DNA of 64,000 bases from Syntrophales bacterium (lineage in GTDB: Bacteria > Desulfobacterota > Syntrophia > Syntrophales > UBA6807). The notes beneath the pieces were generated by a model. It saw only the letters and a program-made list of their open reading frames with translations, searched no databases and was not told the DNA's origin. Shown here piece by piece: positions 1 through 9,600 of this stretch. Made by a program: the position numbers and the translations under genes. Where the stretch lies: NCBI GenBank assembly GCA_040767195.1, contig JAXGPA010000001.1, positions 961,759 through 1,025,758 on the forward strand. The letters are read 5' to 3'. Within the stretch, counting starts at the first letter, position 1. Each line of letters starts with the position of its first letter.

Positions 1-657
1 GTGGGCTTTCCCATTGCCGAGGTGACGGAAGACGGGGAAGGGATCATCACCAAGGTTCCCGGAACGGGAGGCAGGGTTACGCCTGGGACATGCCGGGAAC
101 AGCTCCTCTACGAAGTCCATGATCCGGCGTCCTATCTCACGCCGGACGTGACGGCCGATTTCTCCGGCATCGTTCTGGAAGACATCGGGGATGACCGGGT
201 CCGGGTCGCCGGGGCCGCCGGCCGCCCGCGACCGGAAAATCTGAAGGTTTCCCTGGGGGTCCGGCAGGGCTTCCTGGGGGAAGGGGAGGTCTCCTATGCC
301 GGTCACGGGGCCATGAACCGGGCCCGCCTGGCAGCGGAAATCGTCCTGAAACGGCTGGAGCGTCAGGGGTTTCGAAGGGACGACATGCGGGTCGAATTCG
401 TGGGATACGATGCCCTGCTCGGGCCCCTCGCCGGGGGAACCTTTCCCCTTCCGGGGGACGTGCGGCTTCGAGTGGCCGCCCGGACGGAGAGAAAGCGGGA
501 TGCCGAGCGGGTAGGGGAGGAAGTGGAAACCCTCTACCTGAACGGGCCCGCCGGCCCCGGCGGGGCCCGGAAAACGGTCCGGCCCCTCATCGGTGTATTA
601 ACGGCTTTCATTGCCAGGGAACTCGTAAAGACCGGCCTGGCAATCGGGGATGTGTAA
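1..657 (+). CDS. AtuA family (acyclic terpene utilization, DUF1446) protein, 5'-truncated by window edge
   Basis: Motifs GFPIAEV..DG..ITK..GTGG.V, EQLLYEVHDPASYLTPDV, YLNGPAGPGG are typical of AtuA-like proteins. Confidence 0.85.
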   Translation: MGFPIAEVTEDGEGIITKVPGTGGRVTPGTCREQLLYEVHDPASYLTPDVTADFSGIVLEDIGDDRVRVAGAAGRPRPENLKVSLGVRQGFLGEGEVSYAGHGAMNRARLAAEIVLKRLERQGFRRDDMRVEFVGYDALLGPLAGGTFPLPGDVRLRVAARTERKRDAERVGEEVETLYLNGPAGPGGARKTVRPLIGVLTAFIARELVKTGLAIGDV

Positions 658-659
658 CC

Positions 660-1010
660 ATGAAAAAAGTCAAGCTCTACGAAATCGCCCACAGCCGGGC
701 CGGGGACAAGGGAGAGATCACGAACATCTCCCTGTTCCCCTATGCCGATGAACACTATGATCTTCTTTGCCGCCAGGTGACCGCCCAGGCGGTGAAGGCC
801 CACTTCGGGGACCTCGTCCGGGGAGATGTGGTCCGCTATGAAGTTCCGTCCATCGGGGGATTCAATTTCGTTCTCCACGGGACCCGCGTCGGCGGCGTTT
901 CCTCGGCCCTGGAGCTGGACCCCCACGGCAAGGCCCTGTCCTTCGGGCTCCTGGAGATGACCGTTGAGATGCCTGATGACGGAAGAGAAGAAGACGGAAG
1001 CCGTCGATGA
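660..1010 (+). CDS. AtuA-related small partner protein (C-terminal AtuA-like domain)
   Basis: LYEIAHSRAGDKG...NF.L....GG...L.LDPHGK; starts 2 nt after the upstream AtuA gene. Confidence 0.8.
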   Translation: MKKVKLYEIAHSRAGDKGEITNISLFPYADEHYDLLCRQVTAQAVKAHFGDLVRGDVVRYEVPSIGGFNFVLHGTRVGGVSSALELDPHGKALSFGLLEMTVEMPDDGREEDGSRR

Positions 1011-1058
1011 GGCTGGAAAAGTGACGGACATCCCTTGCGCGGACCGTCGCAGAATGGG

Positions 1059-2078
1059 TCAATGCTTTTCAATGAAGCCGATTTCCCGGGCGAATTCGAA
1101 CTGGCGGTTCCAGGGCCGTGTTCCATGGAGCTTGAGAAAGGGCTCCTCCCCGACGGTTTCGAGGGACGTCCGGTCCAGCGACACGGGATGGTATCCCCCC
1201 AGAAAACCGACGTCCCCGGCAATGACCGGGTTGTGCCCCGGCCAGCAGTCGCAGTCCTGGGTGATGTGGATGAGGGCGTTGACGAGAACCGACCGGCTGC
1301 CGATTTTCCGCCAGACCGCCGCGGCGGTTTCCACGAGCCTTTCCTGGAACACCGAGGCATCGAGTTCCCAGAAAATCCGCAGGGCCGCTTCGGGACAGAG
1401 GCCGATGCACTGGGCACAGCCGATGCAGAGGTCCAGGTCATAGGCGGGATAACCGTCCTCCTCGGGAAAATGGGCGGCCCCGGTGGGACAGACGTCGACG
1501 CAGACGCCGCAGCGGGTGCATTTTTCAGGGTCCAGCACGGGATGGACGTCGGCGTGCATGCGCTGCTTCTGGGCCCGGGAGGCGAACCCCATGGAGAGGT
1601 TCTTGACGGCTCCGCCGAACCCCGAGGCGAGATGGCCCTTGAAATGGGAAAAAATGAAAAAGCCGTCCGCCCCGTTGACGAGAGAGGTGACCTCGACGGT
1701 CTTGAAGTGGCGTTCCCCTGGCAGTTCGACAACGTCCCTTCCGTCCATGCCGTCCCCGATGACCAGGGGGCAGCCGACGAATTCCTCGGTGTACCCGTGC
1801 CGGGCGGCCGTTTCCAGGGAGGCCCCGCCGGTGCGCCTCCCGCCGGAGTAAAGAACGGTGGTGTCGAAGAGAAAGGGCCTCCAGCCCTTTTCCTTGAGGA
1901 ACGCCGCCACTTCCCGGGCATACCTCGGGGAAAGGTAGCTCCTGTTGCCCCGTTCCCCCCAGTGAACCTTCACGGCGATGCGGCCTCCCTCGGGATAGGG
2001 GTAGGAAAGGCCTTCGAGGACTTTTCTGAGGTCGGCAACGTGTCCGTCGGCACGTTGCTCCGGGATCGTCGATGGCAT
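1059..2078 (-). CDS. DUF362 family Fe-S protein with 2x[4Fe-4S] ferredoxin domain
   Basis: AVKVHWGERGN, SHFKGH..SGFGGAVKNLSMG, CxxCxxCxxxCP twice, CDC; ATG at 2078 with AGAGGAG SD. Confidence 0.85.
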   Translation of the reverse strand: MPSTIPEQRADGHVADLRKVLEGLSYPYPEGGRIAVKVHWGERGNRSYLSPRYAREVAAFLKEKGWRPFLFDTTVLYSGGRRTGGASLETAARHGYTEEFVGCPLVIGDGMDGRDVVELPGERHFKTVEVTSLVNGADGFFIFSHFKGHLASGFGGAVKNLSMGFASRAQKQRMHADVHPVLDPEKCTRCGVCVDVCPTGAAHFPEEDGYPAYDLDLCIGCAQCIGLCPEAALRIFWELDASVFQERLVETAAAVWRKIGSRSVLVNALIHITQDCDCWPGHNPVIAGDVGFLGGYHPVSLDRTSLETVGEEPFLKLHGTRPWNRQFEFAREIGFIEKH

Positions 2079-2154
2079 GGCGTCTCCTCTCGAGAGTCCT
2101 TTTTGCCTCATCATAAACGGTTTGGGGCGTTTTTCCAAGCGGGAGTCCGTTTCA

Positions 2155-2330
2155 TGCCAGTAACAGGTAAACGGTCCGGGTTCGTAACACGTGATTTGTC
2201 CGGTTCAGGACGGCCAAACTCCCGGGTATGGCGGATGAGGCGGGCTTATGTGTTACGGGAGATTCGGAAGAGGCGGTTTGAGAGGGGTTACCGGGCGTGG
2301 GACGAGGGTCGTCTGACTTGGGAGGACGCC
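2155..2330 (+). mobile_element. Degenerate IS1202/ISNCY-like insertion sequence remnant (left end plus first 32 transposase codons)
   Basis: TG-start end with GTCCGG sub-terminal repeats at 2174 and 2198; ATG 2235 gives MRRAYVLREIRKRRFERGYRAWDEGRLTWEDA, resembling ISNCY transposase N-termini as I recall them. Confidence 0.6.
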
Positions 2331-2347
2331 TTCATGAAGAGAGGAAA

Positions 2348-4303
2348 TCATTCGGTGAGGACGGTGACTCTTTCGATTTCCTCTTCCAGCTCCATCCACT
2401 GGTCGTAAAGTTCTTCGAGACGGTTCACGGTCCTGTGATAGTCCCGGTGCAGTTCCTGGATGTCCCGGCCTCCCCTGGAGGATGGAGCCTCGGCGAGGGC
2501 GGCTTCCAGGGAGGCCCTTGTCTCTTCACCGTCCCGGATTTCCGCCTCTACCTTTTTCAGGGCCTCCCGGAGAGGCTGCAGCTTCCGGGAGAGGCGCTGT
2601 CTTTTTTCCGCTTCCAGGCGTTTTCGTTCCTTTTCCGTAACGACTTCGGTCCGCTGGGGGGTCTCAGGCTCTGCGGGCGGCACCGGTCCGCCGGACTCTT
2701 TCCGCTTTTCAAGGTATTCTTCGAGGGAGCCCCGGAAATCCTCGAGAACGCCGTCCCGGATTTCCAGGACGCGATCGATGAGGGGGGTCAGAAAGTCCCG
2801 GTCGTGGGAAACGATGACAAAGGCCCCGGGAAACGCCAGGAGCCGCTCCTGGAGAAGGGCCTTGGACGGGATGTCGAGATGGTTCGTCGGTTCATCCAGA
2901 ACGAGGAGGTTGGCCGGCGTGAGCAGCATTTTGGCCAGGGCGAGACGGCTTTTCTCCCCTCCCGAAAGGACGGAAACAGGCTTCAGGACATCGTCTCCGG
3001 TGAACAGGAAGGATCCCAGGAGGGTCCTCAGTTCCGTCTGGGTCCGTGAAGGGTCCGTCTCCAGGACGGTTTCATACACCGTTTTTGAAGGGTCGAGGAG
3101 TTCGGAGAGATCCTGGGAAAAATAACCCACCGCGGCCCCGTGTCCGGGAAGCCGCGATCCCTCCTGAAAGGCGTCCGTTCCGGCGATGATCCTGGCCAGG
3201 GTCGATTTCCCCGAGCCGTTCACGCCGAGAACGGCCACCCTGTCCGTTCGCCCGATCTGAAGAGACAGTCGGGAAAACACCTCCAGGGCTCCGTATCGTT
3301 TCGCCACATCGGAAAGGGTGAGGACGATCCTGCCGGCCCGGGGCGCTTCGGGAAAACGAAAGGCGATCCGCCGCTCTTTTGCGGCCGTTTCGACGATTTC
3401 CAGTTTTTCCAGCATCCTGATCCTGCTCTGGACCTGCTTCGCCTTGGTGTTCTTGTAGCGGAAGCGTTCAATGAAGCGAAGACTCTGCTCAATGTAGGCT
3501 TCCTGTTTTTCCCTGGCGGCCTCGGCCTGCTGCGCTCGAAGCGCTTTCTGTCGCAGGAAGGACGTGTAATTGCCCGTATAGGACATCGCCGTTCCCGAAG
3601 ATATTTCCAGAACGCCGTCGACGAGATTGTCCAGGAAACGGCTGTCGTGAGAGACGACGATGATGGATCCCTGGTAGGACATGAGGTAGCTTTCGAGCCA
3701 TTGGAGAGAATCCATGTCCAGGTGGTTCGTCGGTTCGTCCAGGAGAAGAACTGTCGGCTCCAGGAGAAGGATCTTTCCCAGTTCGATGCGCATGTGCCAT
3801 CCGCCGCTGAACGCCTCCACCGGTCTCGCCAGGTCGCTCTCCCGGAACCCGAGTCCCGAAAGGATTATTTTTATTTTCGTGTCCCGTTGATAGGCGCCTC
3901 GATGCTCCAGGAGGTTCTGGATATCCCCGAGTTCCCGCATTTTCCGGGCTGCGGCGGCGGATCCGGCGGGACCGCTTTGCGCGGCGATCTCCCGGCCCAG
4001 GTCGGTCGCTTTTCGCTGGAGTTCATCCAGTTCGGCGAACACGGAGGACACTTCCTCGAGAAGCGTACGGCCCTGGTGGTAGACGCCGTCCTGGGGCAGG
4101 TACCCCACGGTTTCCGCCCGGGTGAGTGTCACGCTCCCCGAATCGGCGTCCTCCAGGCCGGCGATGATTTTCATCAGGGTGGATTTTCCGGCGCCGTTGG
4201 GGCCCACCAGGGCGACCCGCTCCCGGTTCCCGACCCGGAAGGTCAGGTCGCCAAATAGGATTTTCCCGCCGTACTGTTTTGAGAGGTTATCGAACTGAAG
4301 CAA
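2348..4303 (-). CDS. ABC-F family ribosome-associated ATPase
   Basis: Two ABC cassettes (GPNGAGKST/FSGGW/LDEPTNHLD and GVNGSGKST/LSGGE/LDEPTNHLD), linker, coiled-coil tail, no TM segments. Confidence 0.95.
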   Translation of the reverse strand: MLQFDNLSKQYGGKILFGDLTFRVGNRERVALVGPNGAGKSTLMKIIAGLEDADSGSVTLTRAETVGYLPQDGVYHQGRTLLEEVSSVFAELDELQRKATDLGREIAAQSGPAGSAAAARKMRELGDIQNLLEHRGAYQRDTKIKIILSGLGFRESDLARPVEAFSGGWHMRIELGKILLLEPTVLLLDEPTNHLDMDSLQWLESYLMSYQGSIIVVSHDSRFLDNLVDGVLEISSGTAMSYTGNYTSFLRQKALRAQQAEAAREKQEAYIEQSLRFIERFRYKNTKAKQVQSRIRMLEKLEIVETAAKERRIAFRFPEAPRAGRIVLTLSDVAKRYGALEVFSRLSLQIGRTDRVAVLGVNGSGKSTLARIIAGTDAFQEGSRLPGHGAAVGYFSQDLSELLDPSKTVYETVLETDPSRTQTELRTLLGSFLFTGDDVLKPVSVLSGGEKSRLALAKMLLTPANLLVLDEPTNHLDIPSKALLQERLLAFPGAFVIVSHDRDFLTPLIDRVLEIRDGVLEDFRGSLEEYLEKRKESGGPVPPAEPETPQRTEVVTEKERKRLEAEKRQRLSRKLQPLREALKKVEAEIRDGEETRASLEAALAEAPSSRGGRDIQELHRDYHRTVNRLEELYDQWMELEEEIERVTVLTE

Positions 4304-4306
4304 GAT

Positions 4307-5332
4307 TTACCGCAGGACCTCCCGGCTGGTTTCGGTTCCGGCGTCTTTCGGCTCACGACCTTTGCCCGCGGGCTCTTCGCTCTCCCGTTCTTCCTCCGGT
4401 TCCAGGACCATGTCCATCCGGTGGGGAATGACAAGGGAAGCCAGGATGGAGAGAGCGAGGGTGCAAAGAATGACCAGGAGCGAGACCGATACGGGGATGG
4501 GGTGTATGTCCGAAAGGAGCATCTTGACGCCGATGTACACGAGGATGAAAGCCAGCCCGTACCGGATGAAACGGAAGAGCCGCATGACGCCTGCGAGAGC
4601 GAAGAAAAAGGATCTCAGGCCGAGAATGGCGAATATGTTGGACGTGTAGACGATAAAGGGGTCCGTGGTGATGGCCAGAATGGCCGGAACCGAATCAAGG
4701 GCGAAAACGATATCCGTTGTTTCGATCACGAAAAGCACGGCCAGAAGCGGGGTGGCGAAAAGGCGGCCCCCCCTGCGGACGGTGAAGCGGCCTTCCACGT
4801 ATGTGGACGTCATGGGAATGAATTTTCGGAAGAGCCGGAAAAAAGGGTTTTTATCGGGATGAACCGACGAGTCGCCGCGGCTGAAACCGATTTTCAGGCC
4901 CGAGAGGATCAGGAAGGCGCCGAAAAGATAGATGACCCAGTGAAACAGGTTGATCAGGGTGATCCCCGCCACGATGAACAAGCCGCGCATCAGGATCGCG
5001 CCGAGAATTCCCCAGAAAAGGACCCGGTGCTCATATTTCGGCGGGACGCTGAAGTACGAAAAAATGAGAAGGAAGACGAAAAGGTTGTCAACGCTGAGAG
5101 ACAGTTCGATAAGGTATCCGGTGAAAAATTCCAGGGCTTTTTCCGATCCCCTGAACAGGAAAACCCCGCCGTTGAAAGCAAGGGCGAGGCCCACCCAGGC
5201 GGCGGCCCACAGGAGGGCTTCCTTCAGATTCGGAACATGGGGGCGCCGCTCAAAGGCTCTCAGGTCTACATAGAGCAGGCCGGCGACGACGATGATGAAT
5301 GCGGCCCACAGAAGGGGCTGGTTGTCCAACAT
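4307..5332 (-). CDS. TerC/Alx family metal-homeostasis membrane protein
   Basis: FFTGYLIELSLSVDNLFVF, IETTDIVFALDSVPAI, YTSNIFAILGLRS. Confidence 0.93.
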   Translation of the reverse strand: MLDNQPLLWAAFIIVVAGLLYVDLRAFERRPHVPNLKEALLWAAAWVGLALAFNGGVFLFRGSEKALEFFTGYLIELSLSVDNLFVFLLIFSYFSVPPKYEHRVLFWGILGAILMRGLFIVAGITLINLFHWVIYLFGAFLILSGLKIGFSRGDSSVHPDKNPFFRLFRKFIPMTSTYVEGRFTVRRGGRLFATPLLAVLFVIETTDIVFALDSVPAILAITTDPFIVYTSNIFAILGLRSFFFALAGVMRLFRFIRYGLAFILVYIGVKMLLSDIHPIPVSVSLLVILCTLALSILASLVIPHRMDMVLEPEEERESEEPAGKGREPKDAGTETSREVLR

Positions 5333-5420
5333 TAACCGGTGACCCTATCGGGAAAAGGATTTTCCGACCCCTTTACCCTTTTTTAAGAGGGTTGACAAGG
5401 CGGGGTTTCAGCGGGGCCGG

Positions 5421-6431
5421 TTAAAGTCCTTTCAGCGCCAGGAGATGGGCCAGGTCGGCCACCCGGCAGGAATATCCCCATTCATTGTCATACCAGGCGG
5501 TGACCTTGGCCATGTCACTTCGAAGAACCGTTGTGAATTCCAGATCGACGATGGAGGAGAAGGGGTTTCCCCTGAAGTCCGATGAAACGAGGGGCCGTTC
5601 CTCGCAGGCCATGACCTCCCTGAGCCGCCCTTGCGAGGCCTTTCTCAGCACGTCCCGCAATTCTTCCGTCGATGTTTTCTTTTTGAGCTGCGCCGTGAAA
5701 TCGACGATGGAGACCGTCGGCGTGGGGACCCTCAGCGAATACCCGTCAAAGCGGCCTTCCAGTTCGGGAATCACCAGGGCGAGGGCCCTGGCGGCGCCCG
5801 TTGTCGTGGGAATGATGTTCTGGCCCGCCGCACGGGCCCGTCTCAGGTCCTTGTGCGGCAGGTCGAGAATCCTCTGATCGTTCGTGTAGGAATGGACGGT
5901 GGTCATCATGGCCTTTTCGATGCCCAGGGCTTCGTGAACGGCCAGCGCCGGAGGGGCCAGGCAGTTGGTGGTGCACGACGCGTTGGAAAGGATGTGGTGC
6001 TTTTCCGGGTCGTACCGGTCGTCGTTGACGCCCATGACCACCGTCAGGTCCACCCGTTCCGCCGGGGCGGTGATGATGATTTTCCTGGCGCCTCCTTCGA
6101 GATGTATCCCCGCCTTGTCACCGCTTCGGAAAATTCCCGTGCTTTCGATGACGATGTCCACGCCCTCGTCCTTCCAGGGGATCAGGGCCGGGTCTCGATA
6201 GGCGAAATTTCTAATGTTCCTTCCGTTGACGCGAAAGCCGTCCTTTTCCGCGGCGACGCTGCCCTCGTAGATGCCGTAGCTCGTGTCAAACTTGAGAAGA
6301 TGGGCATTCGTTTCCACGTCGAAAAGGTCGTTCACCGCCGCCACCGTGAGGGTTTCCGGATACCGTTCCAGGACGGCCTTGAACACCTGCCGTCCGATGC
6401 GGCCGAAGCCGTTGATCCCGATCCGCGCCAT
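5421..6431 (-). CDS. gap: Type I glyceraldehyde-3-phosphate dehydrogenase
   Basis: GINGFGRIGR, SNASCTTNCL, WYDNEWGYS. Confidence 0.98.
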   Translation of the reverse strand: MARIGINGFGRIGRQVFKAVLERYPETLTVAAVNDLFDVETNAHLLKFDTSYGIYEGSVAAEKDGFRVNGRNIRNFAYRDPALIPWKDEGVDIVIESTGIFRSGDKAGIHLEGGARKIIITAPAERVDLTVVMGVNDDRYDPEKHHILSNASCTTNCLAPPALAVHEALGIEKAMMTTVHSYTNDQRILDLPHKDLRRARAAGQNIIPTTTGAARALALVIPELEGRFDGYSLRVPTPTVSIVDFTAQLKKKTSTEELRDVLRKASQGRLREVMACEERPLVSSDFRGNPFSSIVDLEFTTVLRSDMAKVTAWYDNEWGYSCRVADLAHLLALKGL

Positions 6432-6441
6432 GGGGGCCTCC

Positions 6442-7020
6442 TCAATTGTCGTCGATACGGTTCTTGTGGTCGGCCATGAGGTCGCAGCGGCGCTTCAGGG
6501 CCTCGTGAAGCCGGGCGTTTTCGATGGCGATGGCGCTGAGCGAACTCACCGCTTCGAGAAAACGGATATCCGAATCGGGGAACTTTCGCACTTCGCCGGC
6601 ATATACCCGAAGAACCCCCACCGCCTTTCCCTCGACGAGGAGGGGGAGGGCCAGCACGGAAAGGATCCCCTCTTTTTCCGCCCGCGCCGGGTACTGAAAT
6701 CCGCTATCCTTGCGGACATCCGGGATCCAGGCGGTCTTTCCCGAAAGGACGTCCCGGTCGATGCCGCTTTCCTCGAGCAGAACGGGTCCCTTCCGGAGAT
6801 ATTCCGCTGAAAGCCCCGCGCTGGTGACAAGGTCGAGGGATTCGCCCCTCGCGGACAGGAGACGGATGCTGCAGGCCTTCACACCGACCGTTTCAATGAC
6901 CGCCTCGACGATTCTCTCGAGAACGCGGCCGGAGTCGAGGGAGGCGTTCACGGTCCTCGCGACACTGTAAAGGGCGGTGAAGTAATCCCGGCCCTGCGAC
7001 GTGTTTTCATTTTTTGCCAT
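6442..7020 (-). CDS. Stand-alone GAF domain protein
   Basis: GAF pattern VNASLD...VL..IV, EGILSVLALPL..GKAVGVLRVY, F...DIRFL...AIAIENARLH; ATG 7020 with GAGGAG SD. Confidence 0.85.
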   Translation of the reverse strand: MAKNENTSQGRDYFTALYSVARTVNASLDSGRVLERIVEAVIETVGVKACSIRLLSARGESLDLVTSAGLSAEYLRKGPVLLEESGIDRDVLSGKTAWIPDVRKDSGFQYPARAEKEGILSVLALPLLVEGKAVGVLRVYAGEVRKFPDSDIRFLEAVSSLSAIAIENARLHEALKRRCDLMADHKNRIDDN

Positions 7021-7117
7021 GAAGATCTCCTCCTCTTCACATTTCCTGTAAAATTGGAATCGGGTTGCTGTTAAAAAAACCTGCCCGCCGCCCCTGTTCG
7101 ACAACGCAAGGCTGTCG

Positions 7118-7483
7118 TCAGGCCTCGTCTTTCTTCTGTTCCTTTTTGTCCTCTTCAATGACCAGGACTCTCTCCACACGCTGGGGTTCGGGGTACCGCT
7201 TCGATTTTCGAATCAGTGTCCAGGAACGGAGATCGTCGGAAAAGTTCCAGTTGTTCAGGGCGAAATGGATACGTTTAAATCCCGGAAGATGGTTCAGTTC
7301 AAGGACGAGGTTCTTGATGTTGTCCGACGTGAATTCCTCACCGGACGTTTTTTTGAGATCACCGTAAAGATTCAGGGTGTTCCGGGAGGATGAGAAAAAA
7401 AGAAGCGATAGATCGACGAGATTCCGCACCAGGGTCCGCCGCACGGCCTGGTTTTTCTCATATCGTGTGAACTCACGTTCCAT
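7118..7483 (-). CDS. Hypothetical protein (121 aa)
   Basis: ATG ORF with normal protein composition filling the gap, co-oriented with the GAF and gap genes. Confidence 0.65.
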   Translation of the reverse strand: MEREFTRYEKNQAVRRTLVRNLVDLSLLFFSSSRNTLNLYGDLKKTSGEEFTSDNIKNLVLELNHLPGFKRIHFALNNWNFSDDLRSWTLIRKSKRYPEPQRVERVLVIEEDKKEQKKDEA

Positions 7484-7721
7484 GGAAACAACGGGCTCGA
7501 AAGAAAGTTTTAAATTAATTTTAATGATACCTTACGGTGACTGAAAGGCAAGTCCTTTTTGCAGACCCCTTTTACGGGTTTCTTATCCTCCCGTAAAACA
7601 GCCGTCCCGTCCCGGTGTCCTTCCCCGGGGTGCCAACCGCCGGCCGGTCATATTGCGAAAAAGTTGGCACCGCCACAGGAAGGGCTTTCAAGTTAAGCAA
7701 TATATACAGCGAGATAGATCT

Positions 7722-7737
7722 TGGCACGGGTTTTGCT
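7722..7737 (+). promoter_or_regulatory. Sigma-54 (-24/-12) promoter
   Basis: TGGCACG-GGTT-TTGCT matches the TGGCACG-N4-TTGCW consensus, 25 nt upstream of ATG 7763. Confidence 0.8.
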
Positions 7738-7762
7738 CAATGGCTGTACCGGAGGTGACGCC

Positions 7763-9508
7763 ATGAAAATAACCGTACCGCCTTTCCTGACGGAGACCCG
7801 TTATTTCGCCTTTCTGACCGCTGCGACCCTTGCCGTCTCCATCCTGTGGGCGATTTCCCCGCCTGTCAGTCAAGCCGAGAGCGGCGGCGTGTGGCGCCCG
7901 GCCGGCGCCATGGAGGACGGCCGTTACAACCACACGGCGACGCTGCTGCCTGATGGTTCGGTTCTCGTAGCGGGGGGACAGCAGGACAGCGAGGACTTTC
8001 CGGCCTGCCTGAGCAGCTGCGAGCTTTATGATCCCGCCTCGGCATCGTGGCGCAGGGCCGCCGACCTGGCGTCCGTCCGGTCAAGCCACACGGCCACGCT
8101 CCTCGAAGGCGGCCGCGTTCTTGTGGCCGGCGGGCAGGACCGGAGACGGGAACTTGCCACGGTAGAACTCTATGACCCCGGGTCCGGGTGCTGGAGCTCG
8201 GCTGAACCGATGACGCAAAGGCGGATGGGTCACACGGCGACACGCCTCGATGACGGCCGGGTTCTTGTCGCGGGAGGCGTCGACGCGCAGTGGGATACCC
8301 TGACGGTTTCGGAAATATACGACCCGGCCGCGGGGACGTGGACGTCGGCCGGGGAAATGACCCACCCCCGGGGCTGGCACCGGGCGACCCGCCTGCCTGA
8401 TGGCCGGGTCTTCGTCTTTGGCGGCTGGGCGGGCCGGGGCCCACAGGAAACCGCTGAAATCTTCGATCCCGTAACGTCCACGTGGCACGGGGCGGCCTCC
8501 CTGGAGGGAATCCCTCTGTATTTTTCTACCCAGACCCTCCTGCCCGGCGACGGCGGCACGATTCTGGTGGCTGGGGGATACGGGAGCGGAAAGACCTGGA
8601 AAGCCCTTCATCTTTTCGATCCCGACACCAACGCCTGGTTTCCCCGTACAGCGGAAATGTTCGAGGAGCGGAATTCCCACACGGCGACTCTCCTGTCAGA
8701 CGGGAGGGTGCTTCTGGCAGGGGGCTGGTGTCTGGACGGCTTCCGCCACGGGGAATTGTTCGATCCTGCCAGGGCGGCCTGTACACGGACCGGTTCCATG
8801 GCTTTTCCGTCGGCCCACCACACGGCCACCCTCCTGCCGGATGGCACCGTCCTGGTGGCGGGGGGCCGGACGGCCGACGACGCCCTGAACCGGGCGGAAA
8901 TTTATGAGCCGTCCCTTCGTCCCGTTCCCGTTCTTATGAAAATCCATCCGCCATCGGCCCCCACGGGGACCCCGGGCCTCGCCCTGTCCGTTTTCGGCTC
9001 CGGTTTCACGGCGGACTCGCGCGTTCGGTGGGCAGGGGAGATCCGGGACACGGCATTCGTCAGTTCCGAGCGCTTGAAAGCTTTCCTGCCGGCGGCGGAT
9101 TTCGTCGAGACAGGGGTAAACGAGATCACCATCTGGACACCGCCCCCCGGCGGCGGCATGTCAGGCGGGGTTCTTTTTAAAGTCGAAAAAACGACAGGGA
9201 CGGCGCCGGAGATAAGGGCACTGCTGCCGTCTTCGGTCACCGCCGGGGGGGCCGGTTTTGTCCTGCGGGTATTGGGCGGCCGTTTTACGAAAACCTCGGG
9301 TATCCTGTGGAACGGCCGGAAAATCCGGACACGCGTTTACAGTTCCCGGAGCCTGGCGGCGTTTATTTCTTCCCGGGAAACCGCCGTGCCGGGGACGGCG
9401 ACGGTTCAAGTTTTCGATGAAAGGTTTCCCCAGGCGCGGTCAGGTGTTTTCCTTTTCTCCATTATCCGTCCCAAGCGAGAGCCGGCGCCCCTCGAAATGG
9501 CCCCGTAA
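7763..9508 (+). CDS. Secreted kelch-repeat beta-propeller protein with two C-terminal IPT/TIG-like domains
   Basis: Signal-peptide-like N-terminus; 7 repeats of R..HTATLL.DG.VLVAGG; two L.V.G..F...S.V.W.G..T...SS..L.A domains; GGAGGTGA SD. Confidence 0.85.
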   Translation: MKITVPPFLTETRYFAFLTAATLAVSILWAISPPVSQAESGGVWRPAGAMEDGRYNHTATLLPDGSVLVAGGQQDSEDFPACLSSCELYDPASASWRRAADLASVRSSHTATLLEGGRVLVAGGQDRRRELATVELYDPGSGCWSSAEPMTQRRMGHTATRLDDGRVLVAGGVDAQWDTLTVSEIYDPAAGTWTSAGEMTHPRGWHRATRLPDGRVFVFGGWAGRGPQETAEIFDPVTSTWHGAASLEGIPLYFSTQTLLPGDGGTILVAGGYGSGKTWKALHLFDPDTNAWFPRTAEMFEERNSHTATLLSDGRVLLAGGWCLDGFRHGELFDPARAACTRTGSMAFPSAHHTATLLPDGTVLVAGGRTADDALNRAEIYEPSLRPVPVLMKIHPPSAPTGTPGLALSVFGSGFTADSRVRWAGEIRDTAFVSSERLKAFLPAADFVETGVNEITIWTPPPGGGMSGGVLFKVEKTTGTAPEIRALLPSSVTAGGAGFVLRVLGGRFTKTSGILWNGRKIRTRVYSSRSLAAFISSRETAVPGTATVQVFDERFPQARSGVFLFSIIRPKREPAPLEMAP

Positions 9509-9600
9509 GGCATCGGGATGTTTCCGTATTGGTGCGCGTGGAAAGATATGGCCGGAAAGCCGGAAAAAAACCTGGACGGCGATTTTTTAACGATCCGAAA

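Noticed and set aside
1035..2408. 457-aa plus-strand ORF
   Set aside because: Mostly the antisense shadow of the DUF362 gene; only the 2235-2330 part looks meaningful (IS remnant)
5333..5420. yybP-ykoY (Mn) riboswitch expected upstream of terC/alx
   Set aside because: Only 88 nt with two small hairpins; I could not find the conserved GGGGAGUAG or CGUCA elements
7900..8910. Tandem DNA repeats or CRISPR-like periodicity
   Set aside because: Explained by degenerate protein-level kelch repeats, not identical repeats with spacers
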